Source: Octopus sinensis (taxonomy: Eukaryota). Taken from it: a stretch of DNA of 64,000 nucleotides. Under the pieces are notes generated by a model that was given only the letters and a program-made list of their open reading frames with translations, was not told the origin of the DNA and ran no database searches. Location of the stretch: positions 12,936-76,935 of the forward strand of contig NW_021832537.1 of assembly GCF_006345805.1 (NCBI RefSeq), written 5' to 3'. A program made the position numbers and the translations under genes. Shown piece after piece: positions 63,366 through 64,000 of this stretch. Position 1 is the first letter of the stretch. Each line of letters begins with the position of its first letter.

Positions 63366-64000
63366 TTTTTACTTTTTAAAATGATCTTAATTCGAATAAA
63401 ATCAACATGTACAAAGCTAAAAAAATCGGCAAATTTCAAAATATTTTGAATTTTCAATTAAAAAAATGTTTTTATGAATTGTTTATTGATGTCTAAAATT
63501 AATATTTTTAACGCTTCCTTTAAATATCTGAATTTTTTGTAAATCGGCATGATCCCATAATTATTGCACTTAGATATCGAATTACATTTTATAAAATTAA
63601 ATTAAAAATGGTCGGCCAAACGACCAAACTCTCATTTTGTAGGTTTTGCCAATTTCCTCAGACTCAGGCTCAGCACACTAAACTGCACTGTTTCTAATCC
63701 TCTACGGAGAAATCGAGCTGAAATTTTAATAATCTAATTTAACACTGTGTCACAGTTAAAAGGCAGAACCCAAAAAATTTTTAAATTTTTTAACTTCTTC
63801 ACTTGGAAGAGTTTATCACAACTTTCCTTTCATTTTTTATTCCTGCGTGAAAATTTCTATTCAGCTGAGTGTCCTCGCGACATGCCAGCTCCGCAAGTTG
63901 ATCTTGTGAGGTAATGCCCACTTTGATTAAATTTATTTTTATTTTACTCTTGTCATACACAAAAATGTCAGATTTTTTGAATTGGACTTTTATTTAACTC

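Larger units (their letters stand above)
51688..64000 (+). repeat. Direct near-identical copy of 24158-36481 (offset 27530 falling to 27519), running off the window end
   Basis: TTATGTTCTCTTCTTGATTGTGC occurs at 24158 and 51688. All ORFs recur with offsets of 27517-27519. The last base of the window corresponds to 36481. Confidence 0.97.

Overview
Eukaryotic (metazoan) genomic DNA with extremely short spliceosomal introns (about 22-33 nt), so the ORF track fragments almost every gene. The intron size and the retention of two candidate cilium/centriole genes fit a dicyemid mesozoan best; a myxozoan is the alternative. This taxonomic call is inference. There are two compartments. A GC-richer, gene-dense, nearly TE-free block (5.2-23.7 kb) holds CCDC42-like, a minimal MED15, Lhx6/8 (Arrowhead), SMC1 (21 introns of 23-27 nt by manual reading), coronin, a coiled-coil protein, TMEM50, GTP-PEPCK and a divergent cullin-3-like gene. 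AT-rich, TE-rich blocks hold three copies of a PIG-O-like GPI ethanolamine-phosphate transferase, a Moonraker-like gene, pyruvate kinase, a mitochondrial-type malate dehydrogenase apparently lacking a presequence, CRE and R4/Dong-like retrotransposon fragments, hAT, pogo/Tigger and Helitron pieces, and a 169-bp satellite interrupted by a young hAT. Positions 51688-64000 are a near-identical direct copy of 24158-36481 (period about 27.5 kb, junction at the satellite edge); this is either a recent tandem duplication or an assembly artefact. No rRNA, tRNA or CRISPR array was recognised. All gene models and family calls are manual and were not database-checked.
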